DNA from: Camelus ferus | Taxonomy: Eukaryota | DNA length: 64,000 bases | Direction: 5' to 3' | NCBI RefSeq assembly: GCF_009834535.1 | Contig: NC_045696.1 | Coordinates: 1,178,001-1,242,000 of the forward strand | Part shown: one piece after another, positions 12,881 to 26,029 of the stretch | Layout: each line of letters starts with the position of its first letter | Numbering within the stretch: position 1 is the stretch's first letter | Notes under the pieces: model-generated | Seen by the model: only the letters and a program-made list of their open reading frames with translations | Databases searched by the model: none | What the model was told of the DNA's origin: nothing | Program-made: the position numbers and the translations under genes

Positions 12881-14339
12881 GAGTCTTAGGATGCAGAGCT
12901 AAGTCCTCTGCTACACTGACCGCCATCCTCCTTAAAGGAAACAGCCCATCCAGGGGACCATGCAGGACGGTCTTTGGGGGAAGTGTCGGGCTGGTGTTCT
13001 GAGCCGACAGGGTGAAGCCTGCAATCTGGACAGGACCCCTGAGGGCTGCAGATTGCCTAGCAGTGTCAGCATCCTTGAGGGGACCCGGGCTCTACCTGAG
13101 GTTGAGGGAGTGGGAGGGCAGGGCCTCTGATGGGGTCTGGACTCCGAGGCCGGGCCTGTTCAGACGGTCTGGTTGAGGGCCCTCCCCGAGCTTCCTGGGA
13201 CTCTGATCCTCCTGGGGGGGACATCTCTTCTCCACCTAATGTTTCCTGCATCCAAGGATCAGGGAGCTGACTCTCACCTGCTCCACAGACAAAAGCAAGC
13301 AGGACTGGCCATTCCCCATGCTCCCCCGCCAGCTGTCCTGCCTCTGTCTCCAGGCAGACCGGTGTCTCTATGGCGACGGAGCAGCTGATGGACATCTATT
13401 TATTTTGGCAGAAGGGGTTTTGCAGGAAATTAGAAGTGGACAAAATTGTTTAGTCTTCCATCTTCCTGCTGGCTCTGGGAAAGGCCGGGGTGCCCAGCCA
13501 TGAATCAGGGGTCAGGGAGCTGCCGGGAAGGGGGCGCCCAGCGTGTGGAGGTCCTCACCTCACTCGAGGCTCCATCTTCTCCTGAAGGCACTCAGCCAGC
13601 TCATCTCAGCCTGCGCGCCCAGGAAGTCAGCCACCTGAGCAGTTTCAGGCACGTGAGGCAGACAGAGCAGGTGCCGCCCCTGCCCGCCCGCCTGCCCCCG
13701 GCTCACCTGTGTTCTTGTCACTCAGCCTGGAAGGCTCCCCCACTCCTCTCCACCTGCGGACATGCTGAGGGGGTGTGTGTGCAGATGTGGACAAGTGTGT
13801 CCACGTCTGTGCAGGCGTGTGTGAGACTGCACGTGAAAATCTGTGCAGGTGCATGCCGGTGCGTGAGCTCACGACTCACGCGTGAGCCTGGAGCAGCTCC
13901 GTCACCTCACCCAGGAGGCTCTCAGTGTGTCCAGCCAAGGCAGCACCGGTGGCCCAGGAACCCCTGGTTTCCCTGGAGCCGCCTTTGACCTCAGCCTGGC
14001 TGCCGTCCCCTCTCAGGACCCATGTTCTCCCCGCTTAAGGAGGAGCAGGTGCAGGACACAGTGCTGACGGGGGCCAGGAACTCCGGGGTCCGCCGGAGTT
14101 TGCAGCCTGGCGGGGCTCTGCAGGTAGACGAGGAAGAGGGTGACAGAAGTCAGGGGTGTCCTGGGGTGGGTCCTGGCACCACTGGCTCTCCAGGGGCACT
14201 GGCCTGACTAAGGGTGCTCAGCGGTGACTTTTCTTACCCAGGAGTCGGATGACACCCTCTCTGAGCATCCTGAGCGTCTGTCACCCTTAGTTCAGGGGGA
14301 TTTGAACAGAAAGTGTGTCTCTCATCTGTGGGGAGGGGT

Positions 14340-14692
14340 TCTCCGTGTCCCACGGCTGCTGCCATGACAAAGACCACAGACTGGCTTAAACCGTGGTGGC
14401 CTGGAGGCAGAAGGCCTCGTCCGGGTGTGGCAGGGCTGCACTCCCGCCCGAGGCTCCAGGGAGGGTCCCTCCCACCTCTCCAGGTCCGGGTGCCGGGCCC
14501 CTGGGCCACGTGGCCTCCTCCCTGTGTGTCTGTCCTCTCCGGTGAGGACCCCTGTGGTGGCGTTTGGGACACCTTGGTGATCCAGGGTGAGCTGGTCTCC
14601 GGGCTTGGCTCACCCAGGTCTGTGTAAGGTCACATTCAGGTCCTGGGACTGAATGTGGACGTGGGGGGGGGGGTGCATTTCTCAGCCACTGC
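14340..14692 (-). mobile_element. MaLR solo LTR (MLT1-like)
   Basis: ggctgctgccatgacaaagaccacagactggcttaaa...ctggaggcagaag...ggcagggctgcactccc...aaggtcacattcaggtcctgggact matches the MLT1 LTR layout in reverse orientation. Confidence 0.7.
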
Positions 14693-16769
14693 AAGCTGAG
14701 GACAGGAAACCTTCCCCCAAACGCCCGGCTGCCGGCAGGTCACTGGCCCTTTTGCAGAGGGAGGGGAGGAGCTGCCTGGAGGAGGGGGCCCGGCTAGAGG
14801 AGGAACATGAGACCCCTGCCCACTACACTTCATCCCGGCCGCGGGTTTGCCAAACAGAAGACGGCAGACCCCGCTCACAGGCCCGAGGGCGGCCCGCCCG
14901 CCGGCCTGCTAGATGCTGCCCCCCCAAGGGCTCAGGCCCGGGGTCCCCGCTCGCTGTGGAGGGCCCACCCCACATTTGGAGGCTGCACAGCCCGATGTTG
15001 CAATTCTCCGGCACTGTTTACAAGAGCCTCTTTCCGCTGCCCCGCTGCACTGTAAACACGCAGGCCCCTGCTCCCCGCTGTGGAATTGCGGTTTGGGTGG
15101 ACAGTTCCAACAAGGCGCTCCTGGCCCCGCGGCTATCCGCTTATCCGGGAAGGCACTGGATCCGCACAGAGGGAGCGGGCAGGCCCCAGAGCCCTCCCCA
15201 CACCCCCCACCCCTCCCGCCCCTCCCACCTCGCCTGCTGGGACATTCCTTCCCGCTGCTCTGGCACCATCTCGGGTCCCCCTCGGGCCCCACTCCTGAGA
15301 GCGGGGACCGACCCTGGCCGCTCCAAGCCCCAGGCCCACTGTGGCAGTCAGCAGGCCGGGACGGGACATCGAGCCCTGATTTCACTGAGACTGAAGCTCT
15401 GCTGGGGCTGGTTGGGCCCTGTGTGTGCGTGTGTGGGTGTGAAGGTTGTGCACATGTGTGTGCCAGTGTCCTTAGGGAATGGATTCTGCACCCACTGCTC
15501 TGCACAGAATGCTCCATCTTTCTGTGTCTTTGTGTGTGTGCGGGGGCATGTGCCCTTCTGCACCGCCCCCATCTTTCCCTGGCCATCTGGGTGTCCGTGC
15601 CTGGAGTGGAAGGTGACCAGGGGGAGGCCGCTCGGCCGGCTGGGCCGGGCATGGGGACCCCTGCCGGGGGCAGGGCTGAGGAGGCTGTGGGGGGTGGGGC
15701 AGGGGTCCAGAATGAATATCAAATGTCAAACGCAGCCCCCCGGGGGGGGGGGAGGAATAGTTCCCACACCTAATCACGTCCCGGGAGAGAGGTCGAGTGG
15801 GGCCTGGGAGCTCGTGACGGGCGGGAACAAGGCCCCTTTGTGCGCCCGGGCGGCTGCGGCCGCACAGTCAGGCTGAATGGACTGCTGTCTGGTCGTCTGG
15901 TCCTCCTACTTGTCACTTTGGTGTCTGCGGCCTCCCGTCACGCCAGCCCTGCCGCGCACCGATAGAGGAGCCTGCGATGCTGGCTACAGGCGACAGCCGC
16001 CTTCTCCCTGGGGAGAATTTCCAGCCAAGAGAGTCACAAATATGATCATTTCTGGTGGTCGCTCAGAGCTGCCAGGACAGTTAGCCGCAGATGAATTACC
16101 TTAGCTCTGTCTGGGGCCGGGTCCCAGGGTCTGCGGGCCGGCCTGGATCTGTGGGCCCCCACAGCCTCACGGAGGACTGGGGCAGGGAGGACAAGGCCCT
16201 GCCATCGCCTGGTGACCCCCAATGCGCAGAGGATCCCGCATCCCCCAGAGACCCCTCTTCTGTTGCTGGCCTGACCGTGGGCTGCTCCAGGGCCGGCAGA
16301 GCCCCTGCCCCCGGGTGGTGCAGAGCGAGTGTCCATCTCTGCCACAGGGACCTCCACCCTCAGGTCCCCAGGCATCTCCCTGTGGCCAGAGAAGCAGGCA
16401 GGGAGTGGGGGGCCGGGCTAGGAAGATGCTAAGCAAACAGCAAACATCTGGAGGCCACTGGGAGCCCCTTTCTTGCTGGTGGAGGTGAGAAGCACCGTGC
16501 AGAGAGGGGAGCCTGAGGGAGGCTGGGGGCTTGGGGGTGGAGACTTGAAACCCAGAAAGGAAGCGCTTACAAACACGGGCGCACAGCGAGAAGTCGGAAA
16601 CCAGCCTAAAGCGAGTCCCGCTGGGGCAAACGAGCGCCACAAAGTGTAATAAGGACGGCAGCAGGCCGCAGCCAGCGCGCGGAGGAGGCTCCGGGAGGCT
16701 CTGGTGACACAGACACACTTAATTAATGAAAAAGAGAAAGTTCTCCCCACAGAGGAGTCCCAGCCGACG

Positions 16770-17529
16770 GGGATGGGGGGACTAGAAAGTCAGCGTTTGC
16801 TGGAGGCGATGTGGGGACAGGGGGCCCCCTGCACGGCGGTGGGAGCGCAGGTGGTGAGGCCACGACAGAGGGCAGCGTGGAGGGGCCGTGAAAAACTAGA
16901 AACAGACTCACCCGGTGACCCAGCAGTCCCGCCCCGGGCACACATCCAGAGGGAGCTCTAATTCAAAAAGACAGCTGCACCCCAGTGCTCCAGCAGCACT
17001 GTCCACAACGGCCGGACAGGGAAGCACCTACACATCCATCCACAGGTGACGGGGTAAGGAAGGTGTGGCATGTTTATGCGATGCAATACTACTCAGCGAT
17101 TTAAAAAAGAATGAAATCACGCCATTTGCAGCAACGTGGATGGACCTAGAGATTGTCCTACTAAGCGAAGTAAGTAGAGAAAGAAAAATACTGTATGACA
17201 TCACTTACGTGTAGAATCCGAAAAAATGGGACCGATGAACTTACTTACAAAACAGAAACAGACTCACAGACTTAGAAAACAAACTTGGGATTGCCGGGGG
17301 GGCAGGGGGCAGGAAGGGATAAACTGGGAGTTCGGAATTTGCAGGTACTGACTGCTGTGTAGAAAACACACACCCGCGCAGCACAGGAAACTGCATTCAC
17401 AACTTGTAACGGCCTATGATGAAAACGAATATGGAAAGGAGTGTACATTCACGTGTCACTGAATCACTTTGCTGCACACCAGAAACTAACACAACACTGT
17501 GAACAGACTATACTTCAATAAAAAAAAAA
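16770..17529 (+). mobile_element. LINE-1 3' fragment with poly(A) tail; its 5' part is strongly GC-shifted
   Basis: Aligns by eye to the reverse complement of the L1 at 1-645 (gacccagca.tccc...catccaga...ccatttgcagcaacgtggatggacctagag). Ends in tatacttcaataaaaaaaaaa. Confidence 0.9.
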
Positions 17530-20429
17530 CAGTGTTTGGCGGCCATCGCCGTGACCGTGAACTCAGGCTTTAGGAGCAGGGAAGATGGTAACTGGTGGTG
17601 AAGGTGGAGTGAGGCATCCTCACGTGTGCCCCATAAAATGCACACAAATTGCAAAGAGGAGCCACCTTTCCAGGGTGACCCTGCAGACCCAGGGGCGTCA
17701 GATGGCAGGAGTGACATGTGGACACATCCACTGCCCAACAGGACACTCCCACTGAGCCGGCCCCTCAGGGACAGCGCAGGTCTCGCCGGGGGAGCGTCAG
17801 CACCCTGAACTGGGGACGTTTCGCTCGTTGAGAGTATTCAGGTAGTGCAAGTCCATGGAAGCCTGGGGAATGCTCCCGACCGAGGGAGCACAGGGACACG
17901 CGGCCATCGGACACGCCGCCTGGCCCGGGGGGGTCGTGCTGCTGTCAAGGACCTCACCGGGACAATTGGTGACACTCAAGTGGGTCTCTAGGGGAAGAAT
18001 GTATGGTATTTATTGTGCTAGTCCTGCAACTTTTTGGTATGTTTGAAACTGTTTAGAAATTTAAATTTGAATTTGAAGAAGAGGCAGCTCCTGTGGGGCG
18101 GGGTTCCCGTGCTCGCCCTCGCTGCTGCCCTTGGAGGGTGCACCTGCCCGACTCGCAGAGTGAGCGCCCGGGGCTCCGAGGAGGGGTGGCGCTGGGACCC
18201 CACCCGCCGCTGCCAGGACAGGAGGAGGGAGCCGGAGCGGCTCCCCTGGCAGCCTGGGGCCTCGGACCAGCGGGGCCAGGTGGGGAGGCGAGCACCGCGC
18301 ACACTGCCTGCTCAGCCACCCGGAATGGAGGGTGGGCGATACGGGCGTGTCTGTCCCAGCCCGGAGCCACCTCTGCTCCCTCCTCCCCCGTGAGAGCCCA
18401 CCATGGGCATCCACCCGGGGTCCGGCTCCAGAGCCTGGGCTTGGAGCCCTGTCCACTGTTTGGCCCTGACATTGGGTCCTGGGCACGCAGCCCGCCTTGC
18501 CATGCATAGGCCTGGTTCTGGGTCCCAAGGACACATCCCAGGCAGGCTTGTTTCCTGTGCCCTGACCCACGGGGCACACGTGAGCTGAGCCAGTCTGTGC
18601 AGATGGACTCTCACCTGCGTGGGGACCGCCTTCCCCTCCTCAGCCCGCGAGCCCAGCAGCTGGCCCACACCTGCCCGGGCTCAGGCCTCCAGTCCACGGT
18701 GACAAGGCCTTAAGCAGCCTGCTGCCCTCCTGCCTCCCGCCCCACCCCAGCTCCAACCCCCGACTCCAGGACCCCAGGGGCGTGTCTCCCCACCTGAGCC
18801 CCGGCCTCCAGGTCGCCGTGCCAAGGGCTCTGTCCACACCTGCCCCAGCACAGCCAGGTGGCCTCGACAGCTGTGTGTACACCTGCGGGGCCAGTCTTTG
18901 CAGGGGACCCGCTCCCACCCCAGCCTCCCCTGGTCCCAGGCAGGTGGTTGGCAGGGGACCCGTGCTTTTCCTTGGACCCCAAGTCTCTCCGTACCTGAAC
19001 AAAGCCTCAGCCCCTCACCACTGCTGCTGAGTGGAGACACCAGCTAACCATTTGCAAACCAGGTTTACAAAGGGAGCTGATCTCGGCCAACTATCAAACC
19101 AATTCTACAAGAAGTTGTGACCTGTTCAATGGGAACACAGTCAGAAATCTCACGGTGTTAGGCTGGCGTTGACCCTGTGGCCCCAGGACGCTGTCTGGAG
19201 GCGCCAAGCTGCACGTGAGGGTCTCCCTGGAGGAGTCTTCCCAGGTGGGGCTGAGAATCGGCTCCTCTCCCGAGTGATGGGGGCTCAGTGGGTGGGTTCC
19301 TGGGAGGCCTGGCCCTGGGTGACGGGTGGGAGTGGACTCTCGGTGGGGTAGTGCTGACAGTCGGACAGGCCGCCCTGGGTTGGGTCAGGTTGGGTCTGGA
19401 GGCAGCTGTGGAGTTTGCACAGAGAATCGGCGACTGTCCATCTGCCACCGCAAGACTGTGTGGTGTGTCCCCTGGACGTGCATTCACTCTGTAAGAGAAT
19501 GGCTGTCTGTCTGTCTTTCTGCCCAAAGGCCACTGGAGGGCTGGGTCCTCACCGGACAGAATCGGGAGAGCCAGGGTCTTGGGGGACCCCTGGGAAAGGG
19601 AGGCACCATGTCAGTGGCATTGACATTCAAGGGCCCCGCAGGGCAAAGCTGGCACAAAATGAAATCTTTGTTGGCTTCACGAGCCCCTGAGGACATTCCT
19701 GTCAAGGAAGACGCCCCCAGCCGGACGCCCTCCCGCCCAGCCCAGCCCCAGAGGGTCAGAAGCAGCCACCAGTGGGCTGGGAGCTGGGGGAGACAGAGGC
19801 AGGAAGTGTGGTCACACCCCGAACTGGGAAGGCTGTCCACCTGCAGCCGCCCCACCTGCTGACCTGAACCGGGCTGGGTTCCTGAACTTGGCCTGGTCTC
19901 GGAGATTCCCGCGCTGGACCCCGTGGGACTGACAGTGACCAGGAAGTTCAAGCCGCCTGCCTGAGTTTTCAAACTCAGTGAAGTCTTAAGTGAAAATGTC
20001 CTCTCTGAGCAGACGTGTGGGGAGCAGTGCGACTTCAAGTCACTTTTAACCACTGTGGGCCCTGTGTCCCTGAGGCGGACCCCTTTTGTGCTGGGACACG
20101 TGTTTTGAAGCTTGACATCAAAAAGGAAACCCAGAAGTCGTGGTTGTCTTTGTACAAATCAAGTGTCTCTGTATCAAAAATTAGTGTACATGGAATTTAC
20201 AGACACATTTGTTCAAATTCTTGCCCTGGACTTTAGTTACAACAGATCAGCCATCAATCCAACCAACGTCACTGGGAGCTTAAAGGGGCTTGTTTTTAAC
20301 CAAAAAAAGAGGGAAACTGTGAAAATATACTTGCAAGGTATAGAAAAGCAGGAGTCCTCACAGATCAGTAAGTCCCTCACCACGTAAGAGTGCAGTGAGG
20401 CGGGAGGTGTCGGTGACGTGACACGACCT

Positions 20430-20566
20430 GCACGCACACGCACACATCCATGCACACACAGATGCACGCATGCACACATGTATGTGCACACGTGCACGCA
20501 CACACACGTGCACAGACATGCGCACACATCCACGTACATACACCCACGCACAGACACACACACGTG
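20430..20566. repeat. Imperfect (CA/CG/TA) alternating purine-pyrimidine tract
   Basis: gcacgcacacgcacacatccatgcacacacagatgcacgcatgcacacatgtatgtgcacacgtgcacgcacacacacgtg... Confidence 0.85.
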
Positions 20567-22221
20567 CCCCGGTGGACGAGGCTGGAAGGATGTGCTGGAG
20601 AACTGTCCAAAACGCAGTCCCATCTCCGGGGCGTGGAACTGTGTTTGTTGATTTTCTATGTTTCGCTTGTTGGAATTTTCTAAAATGAACACATAATGCT
20701 TTGTGGCAAGAATGTCTAAATAATATTCTTTAAAAATAAAAAGAAAGCAAGCAAAAGATCGCATAGCAGGGCACTCTCAGGACGCTTTAAACAAGTGTTT
20801 ATTTAAAACGCAATCTTGGTTAATCCTGGTGCTGTCCCTAGGAAAGTTCAATGTGAAAACATCCTGCTGCAGGATCTTCTGTCTCTAGAACATCGACTCC
20901 AGGCGCCCCTCCCTCCTGGCCTTCCTCGGCCTTGCTCTGCTTCACCCCCAAGGACAGGTCCCAACACAGGTCCTGCAGGGAGCCAGACAGGGCCACTCAG
21001 GGTGAAGGGCACTGGGGGTGCACAGGGCTGTGTCCCCCGAAGCCAAGGAGAAGGTGGGCGGCGGGGACCCGGCGCACCTGCTCCGGGCGGTGGGGCTGAG
21101 AAGCCGGCCCCGTGGGAACCACGATCTGAGCTGGGGGTCGGGGAGGTGAGGCATGGAGTTTAGTTTTTAACAGCATATCAAATGTGAGTACTCACACGAT
21201 CACGTTTTGCGTGTGTAAATTGGATCACGCCCGTGATGCTTGACAGCTGTCTGCTTCCCTCCCTAATGGGGGGCTTCTGGGCAGGACCACTGCCAGCAGA
21301 GGGAAGGCTCGCGGTCTGGCTGGCCCAGGCTCCGTGGGCACCAGGGGGGACATGGCTAGGGAGGCCGCAGGGCTGGGTTTGGACTTGACTCTGCGCATGC
21401 TTCTGCTTTCATCCTGGGTTGTTTGGGGCGATGGAGGCTCGTGGGGGGACCCACAGTGAGGAGTGCATGTGGGGGCTGCACGTGCGGGGTGGACCTCAGG
21501 AGGCCAGGCCCCGAGCACACAGGTCTGTGAGCCGCGAGGGAGCCCCGTGCTGTGGCTGACGTCGGGGCTGCACCTCCACACCGCCGCGCCGTGGACGGCC
21601 GCCTGGCCCGCGTGGCCCCGAGGTGGTGGGCGAGGCTTCTGCGTGGGGTGGGCTGTGACCAGAAGCCCTCTCTGGCTCCAGGACCAAAAGGAAGGATTCT
21701 AGGACCAAACTGAAGCAGTGGCTGAAAAACGTCAGAAGCACAGCCCCCGAGGACTCCTGACAGTGAGATTCGAGGAAAGGCCACCAGGGATGTTTCAAAG
21801 CACTCCGCGGGCCCCGGGTCTCCACCACCAGAGGACCGTCTCGTTCACCTTTATTCAGTCCTGTTTCACCAAGTGGCAACTGGGCACCTTTTGGCTGGGG
21901 GCTCAGACAGTAGAGGGCGTGGCTGTGTGGCTGGGATAGGCGGCCTGCTGGCCCTGCCCGCCTCGGGGTCCCCGCCTGCACGGTGCGGCGAGGTCAGGAG
22001 GGTTAGCGAGCCGCCACGCGTCCCTCCATCAGGGCGGCGCCGGCAGGAGGCTGTGCCCTTTCTATCACAGCGTCGGAGGGAGGCTCTGGCGGGAGGCCTC
22101 CCTTGAACGCCCAGGACCCCCTCTGCACAGAGGCCCGGCCTGTGAAGCCTGGGAGGCTGCCCCGCACACGCCTGTTTTGGCTGAAAGAGGGATGGCCAAG
22201 GGCTAACCCAACACCACCATC

Positions 22222-22540
22222 TGTCTCAGCTCAGGCTCCTGTGAAATACCACGCACCAGAGGCTCAAACACAGAAACATTTTCTCACAGCCTGGAGGCTG
22301 CCAGCCCGAGGTCCAGGTGTGTCAGGGCTGGTCCCTCCCAAGGCCTCTCTCCTGGGAGTGCGGACGGCTGCGTTCTCCTGTGTCCCCACGTGGTCGTCCC
22401 TGTGTGTGTGTCTGTGTCCTGCTCTTCTTTCTTGTAAGGACACCGCCCCAGGGACCTCATTTAACCTTAATTACCTCTCTAAAGACCCACCTCCAAAGAA
22501 GATCACATTCTGAGGCGCTGGGGCTCAGCCTGTGACACAT
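22222..22540 (-). mobile_element. MaLR solo LTR (MLT1B-like)
   Basis: aaataccac...aaacattttctcacagcctggaggctg...ttctcctgtgtccccacgtggtc...cttgtaaggacacc...gacctcatttaaccttaattacctctctaaagacc...tcacattctgagg are MLT1 hallmarks. Confidence 0.8.
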
Positions 22541-25500
22541 CCTGGATGGTGTACTTGGGTAGAACACGTCTGAAGTCTTACCAGCAGTGAGTGTCATGGC
22601 TGCAGTTCTGTTCTCAAACGTGGCTAACACCCGGCAGTGGCTCGCCAGGGCAGGCCAGCTCTTCGGCCCCCCCAGTGGCCGCCCTCCAGACTGTCTCTGC
22701 GCGATGCCAGGTCGGCCGGAGCAGGCGGCTGGGGCGGCCCTGCCCCTCAGCCTCCCTGGAGCCAGGCATTTGGGGCTCCGCAGGGCTCAGGGAGGCAGAA
22801 TCAGCGAGGAAGGAGGGGCTCTCGGTTGGCTTTCCCCGGCTAGACACCAAGGCAGGGCCTCCGTGGGCACCTAGATGCCAACTTCTGTGGACGCACCTGT
22901 GGCTTCACGCAGCCCCCCAGTTACAGCGGGAGAGGGGGCAGCACTGCCCATCACGCTCCAGGGATGAGAAGTTGGGGGCGTGGGGTAGGGGGAGCCAGCA
23001 GCACTGCTGGCTGTGGGCAGAGGTGGGTCCATGCGGGCGGGCGGCTGGGCACCGGAGGCCTGCTGTCTCAGGGGCCCCGGCCTCTCCGCACAGCTGGTTG
23101 GTGGGAGCTGGTGAAGCCAGCCTGGAGCCAGGCATTGAGGACTCTGCACACAGCAGCTGGCCACCCCTCGGACATGAGCTCGTTTGTGGAATGCGTCTGG
23201 CTCATGAGAACCGAAGGAAAAGCCATCCAGCCTACAGACTTCCCGTCATGGACACTGATGGATTCCCCGTACACCCGGGACCAAGAGGACACATCTGGCT
23301 TTGGCACAGGCAGGCCCTGCTCCGCCACCCGTCTCTGATTGGAGAGATAACCATTTCCCTCGGGACGGCAGAAAGGTTGTCCACACTCCAGGGTGTGAGG
23401 CCATGGCTTGGGGCCCGTCCCTGGGGCCACCTCCCAGCCCCCAGGAGCGGCTGGGGGGCAGTTCCCCAGCCCAGGGCTGAGCCACCTCCTCTGAGTGGGA
23501 GGGAGGCTGCTCCGCGCATGTTTTGAGATGAAAGGGCCCAGAACCACTTCCCCAGCCCCTCCTCCTGGCCCGTTGCCTGGCTGTTGTGACGCTGAACTTT
23601 AAAACTCCAGCGTCTCCAAGTAAATATTTTAAGCGTGAAGTGAGCAGCGCTGCTCGGATTCTTAGAGTTCACGTGGAAATCTCAAATTCCCACCCCTCCC
23701 CGCCTGTCAGTCTGGTATTCCTCCCCCCCCGCCCCCGGAGAACACATCCATCCCCTCTCCTTGACAAAGATCAGTGCCCTGGACGTGCCCTGGTCACAGG
23801 ACGGGAGGTGCCCTGGCTTCTCCTTGGAGGAGTCGAGGGGTCACAGCACCGAGGGCTGGTCAGAGAAGCCGGCTCCTCTGGCCGCGCAAGTGTCACGGCC
23901 CCCAGGTGCTCGGCAGACGCTGACTCAAACATCAGTGGCAGCGCCGGGCGGCACCCATGTCGGGTCCCGGCTGTGCTGGAGGCCACTCAGGTCAGCAGGA
24001 CCCAGAGGAGGGTAGACGGAGCCTGACCCTGGGCTCAGCAGCCTCGTCCCCAGAGGCCCACAGGCAGACGGGGATCTGGGCGCCTTCCTACCCACCCCAG
24101 GACTCCAGCCCCATCCCCAGCCCTATGTGAGGACCTGCTGGCTTGGTCCGACCTCTGGGCATTGGCGAGGGGAAATGGAGGCCAGGAAAAGGCAAACAAG
24201 CTGCCCCCGAGAGGCAGAATCAGGACCAAACCCGGTCCCCTGACAAGGCCCTGACCGGGTCCCTTCGCTCATGGCTGGAGTTCAGCACCCCAGGATGGAA
24301 GGAAGTGGTTTCAATTGTTCAGCCAACTGGTCAGCCGACTGGTCAGCTGGAGCTGGCTCCATCATTGCCCAGAGGCTGCTTGTCTGGGAGGCTGGGCCTG
24401 GGAGCTGGGGAGAGCAGGCAGTGTGTCCGCAGGGAGGCAGGTGGGGGTGGGCTCCAGGATCTCTTGCCTGGCGTAGGTCCCAGGGACCTCAGGATTGATG
24501 CCACCCCCTCAGCCCGGTCGCTGTGATGACTGAAGAACACTTGCTCCCGGCAGCACAGGGCGATCCCTGCCCACCTCCCTCCCATGGAGCAGAGCTAGAG
24601 GGTCCCTGAGAGGTGGGAACCCCAGACCCTCTGGGCGCTCAGGTCAAAGCTGTTCCCTCCCTTGTCTGTGCAACAAAACCTATGGAGTTTCTGGCATGAG
24701 ACCAGAGAGGGGGCCACAGGGAGGAGACAGACCTGAGGAGGGTGTTCACAAAAACCAAGTGAAGTGCAGAGGGGAAGAAATCTGAGAGACGGGACTGCCC
24801 AGGCTGAGAGCGAGGGGTTGGGAGGAGGTGAGGGAGAGCCCCGGGGCGGGCTCTGGTTGGGTGGCCTCAGGCTAGGACAAGAGGCGCTGAAAGGTGCTCT
24901 GTGCTGAGGGGGACGGACCAGTAGGAAGGACGAGTGGACGAGGGAGGAGGTGGCGGTGGGAGTGTGGGGGCGTCCGGGACACGAGGGGGTGCAGGTGGCC
25001 CCTGGACTACACGCGCTCAGGGTCTCACCAGCTCTTCCCAGATTCCCCAGAGGCCTCAGCTGCGCGATGGGGAGGGAGACATTTGCGCTGGCCTCCCCCG
25101 GGGGGGAAGCAGGGCCGTGAGGAGGAGGGTGGATCGGGTGGGACAGAGAGGGAGGGCCCTGGAGCAGGGGTGACGGACGGGGCCCCAGGGGGTCTGCTCT
25201 GGGGGAGCAGGGGCGGGCTCGACTCCTGGGGCGAGTTCCGGTGCAGAGGTTCCCAGGGCGCTGGCCACCGTGGCCGCCTGCACAGCTCCCGCTGCCTTTC
25301 ACAGGAATTCTTCTGACGTTCTCACGATCTGGGCTTTCCCAGTTCCGTGAGATCAAGACAGAACGCTGTGGTTCGCTGTGAGTCGTCCAGTTAGGCGACG
25401 GACATCCCATCCCTGCGGTCTCCGGATGGGACACTTCCCACGTGTCCCCAGGGACTGGGTGGACCATGAGCCCTGGGAAGCCTCCTCTAGACCCGATGCC

Positions 25501-26029
25501 TTCACTCTGGGGGCTGTGGGCCCAGGAGACTTGCTGGGGTGATGATGGTGTGCGTGTGAACGCGGGGCCACACCTCTGAGGCGTCTGGGCCCAGCCTTCT
25601 GTCTCCAGGAGCTTCTCACCTCTGGGAGCCTGGGGCGCGGCCCAGCTGGGGTCTGTGCTGCAGTGCCCACTGCCTTGACGACCGTCTGGGTCTGTAAGAC
25701 CAGGCGGCTTCCAAAGGCCACCAAACACTAGCACCTCTGCCTCCTGTGATCAACACAGCCCCCAGGGACCCTCCGGGGCCCGAGTTTCTGGAAGTGTGTT
25801 CTGCTGACTTCCTAGGTGGCCACCCCCTGAGCTGTGGGTGCCCCACAGGGAGAGAAGACAGGGAGATAGAGATGGGGTGGGGGAGGAGACGGGGAAGGAG
25901 AGGAGAGAGGGTGGGGGGAGACGGAGACAGAGAGATTGAGGATCCAGGGGCACCGGGGGTCCCCAGATCTCTTCCTTCTCTCCCACTCTGGCTGTTGCTC
26001 TAGAATCCAGGACATTTTCCTCTCTCCCT

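Noticed and set aside
14653..15876. 407-aa ORF, and similar long ORFs at 7741-8664, 22591-23526, 24595-25734, 32125-33039 and 49178-50257
   Set aside because: No domain or family resemblance; overlapping ORFs in several frames; expected from stop-codon scarcity at high GC.
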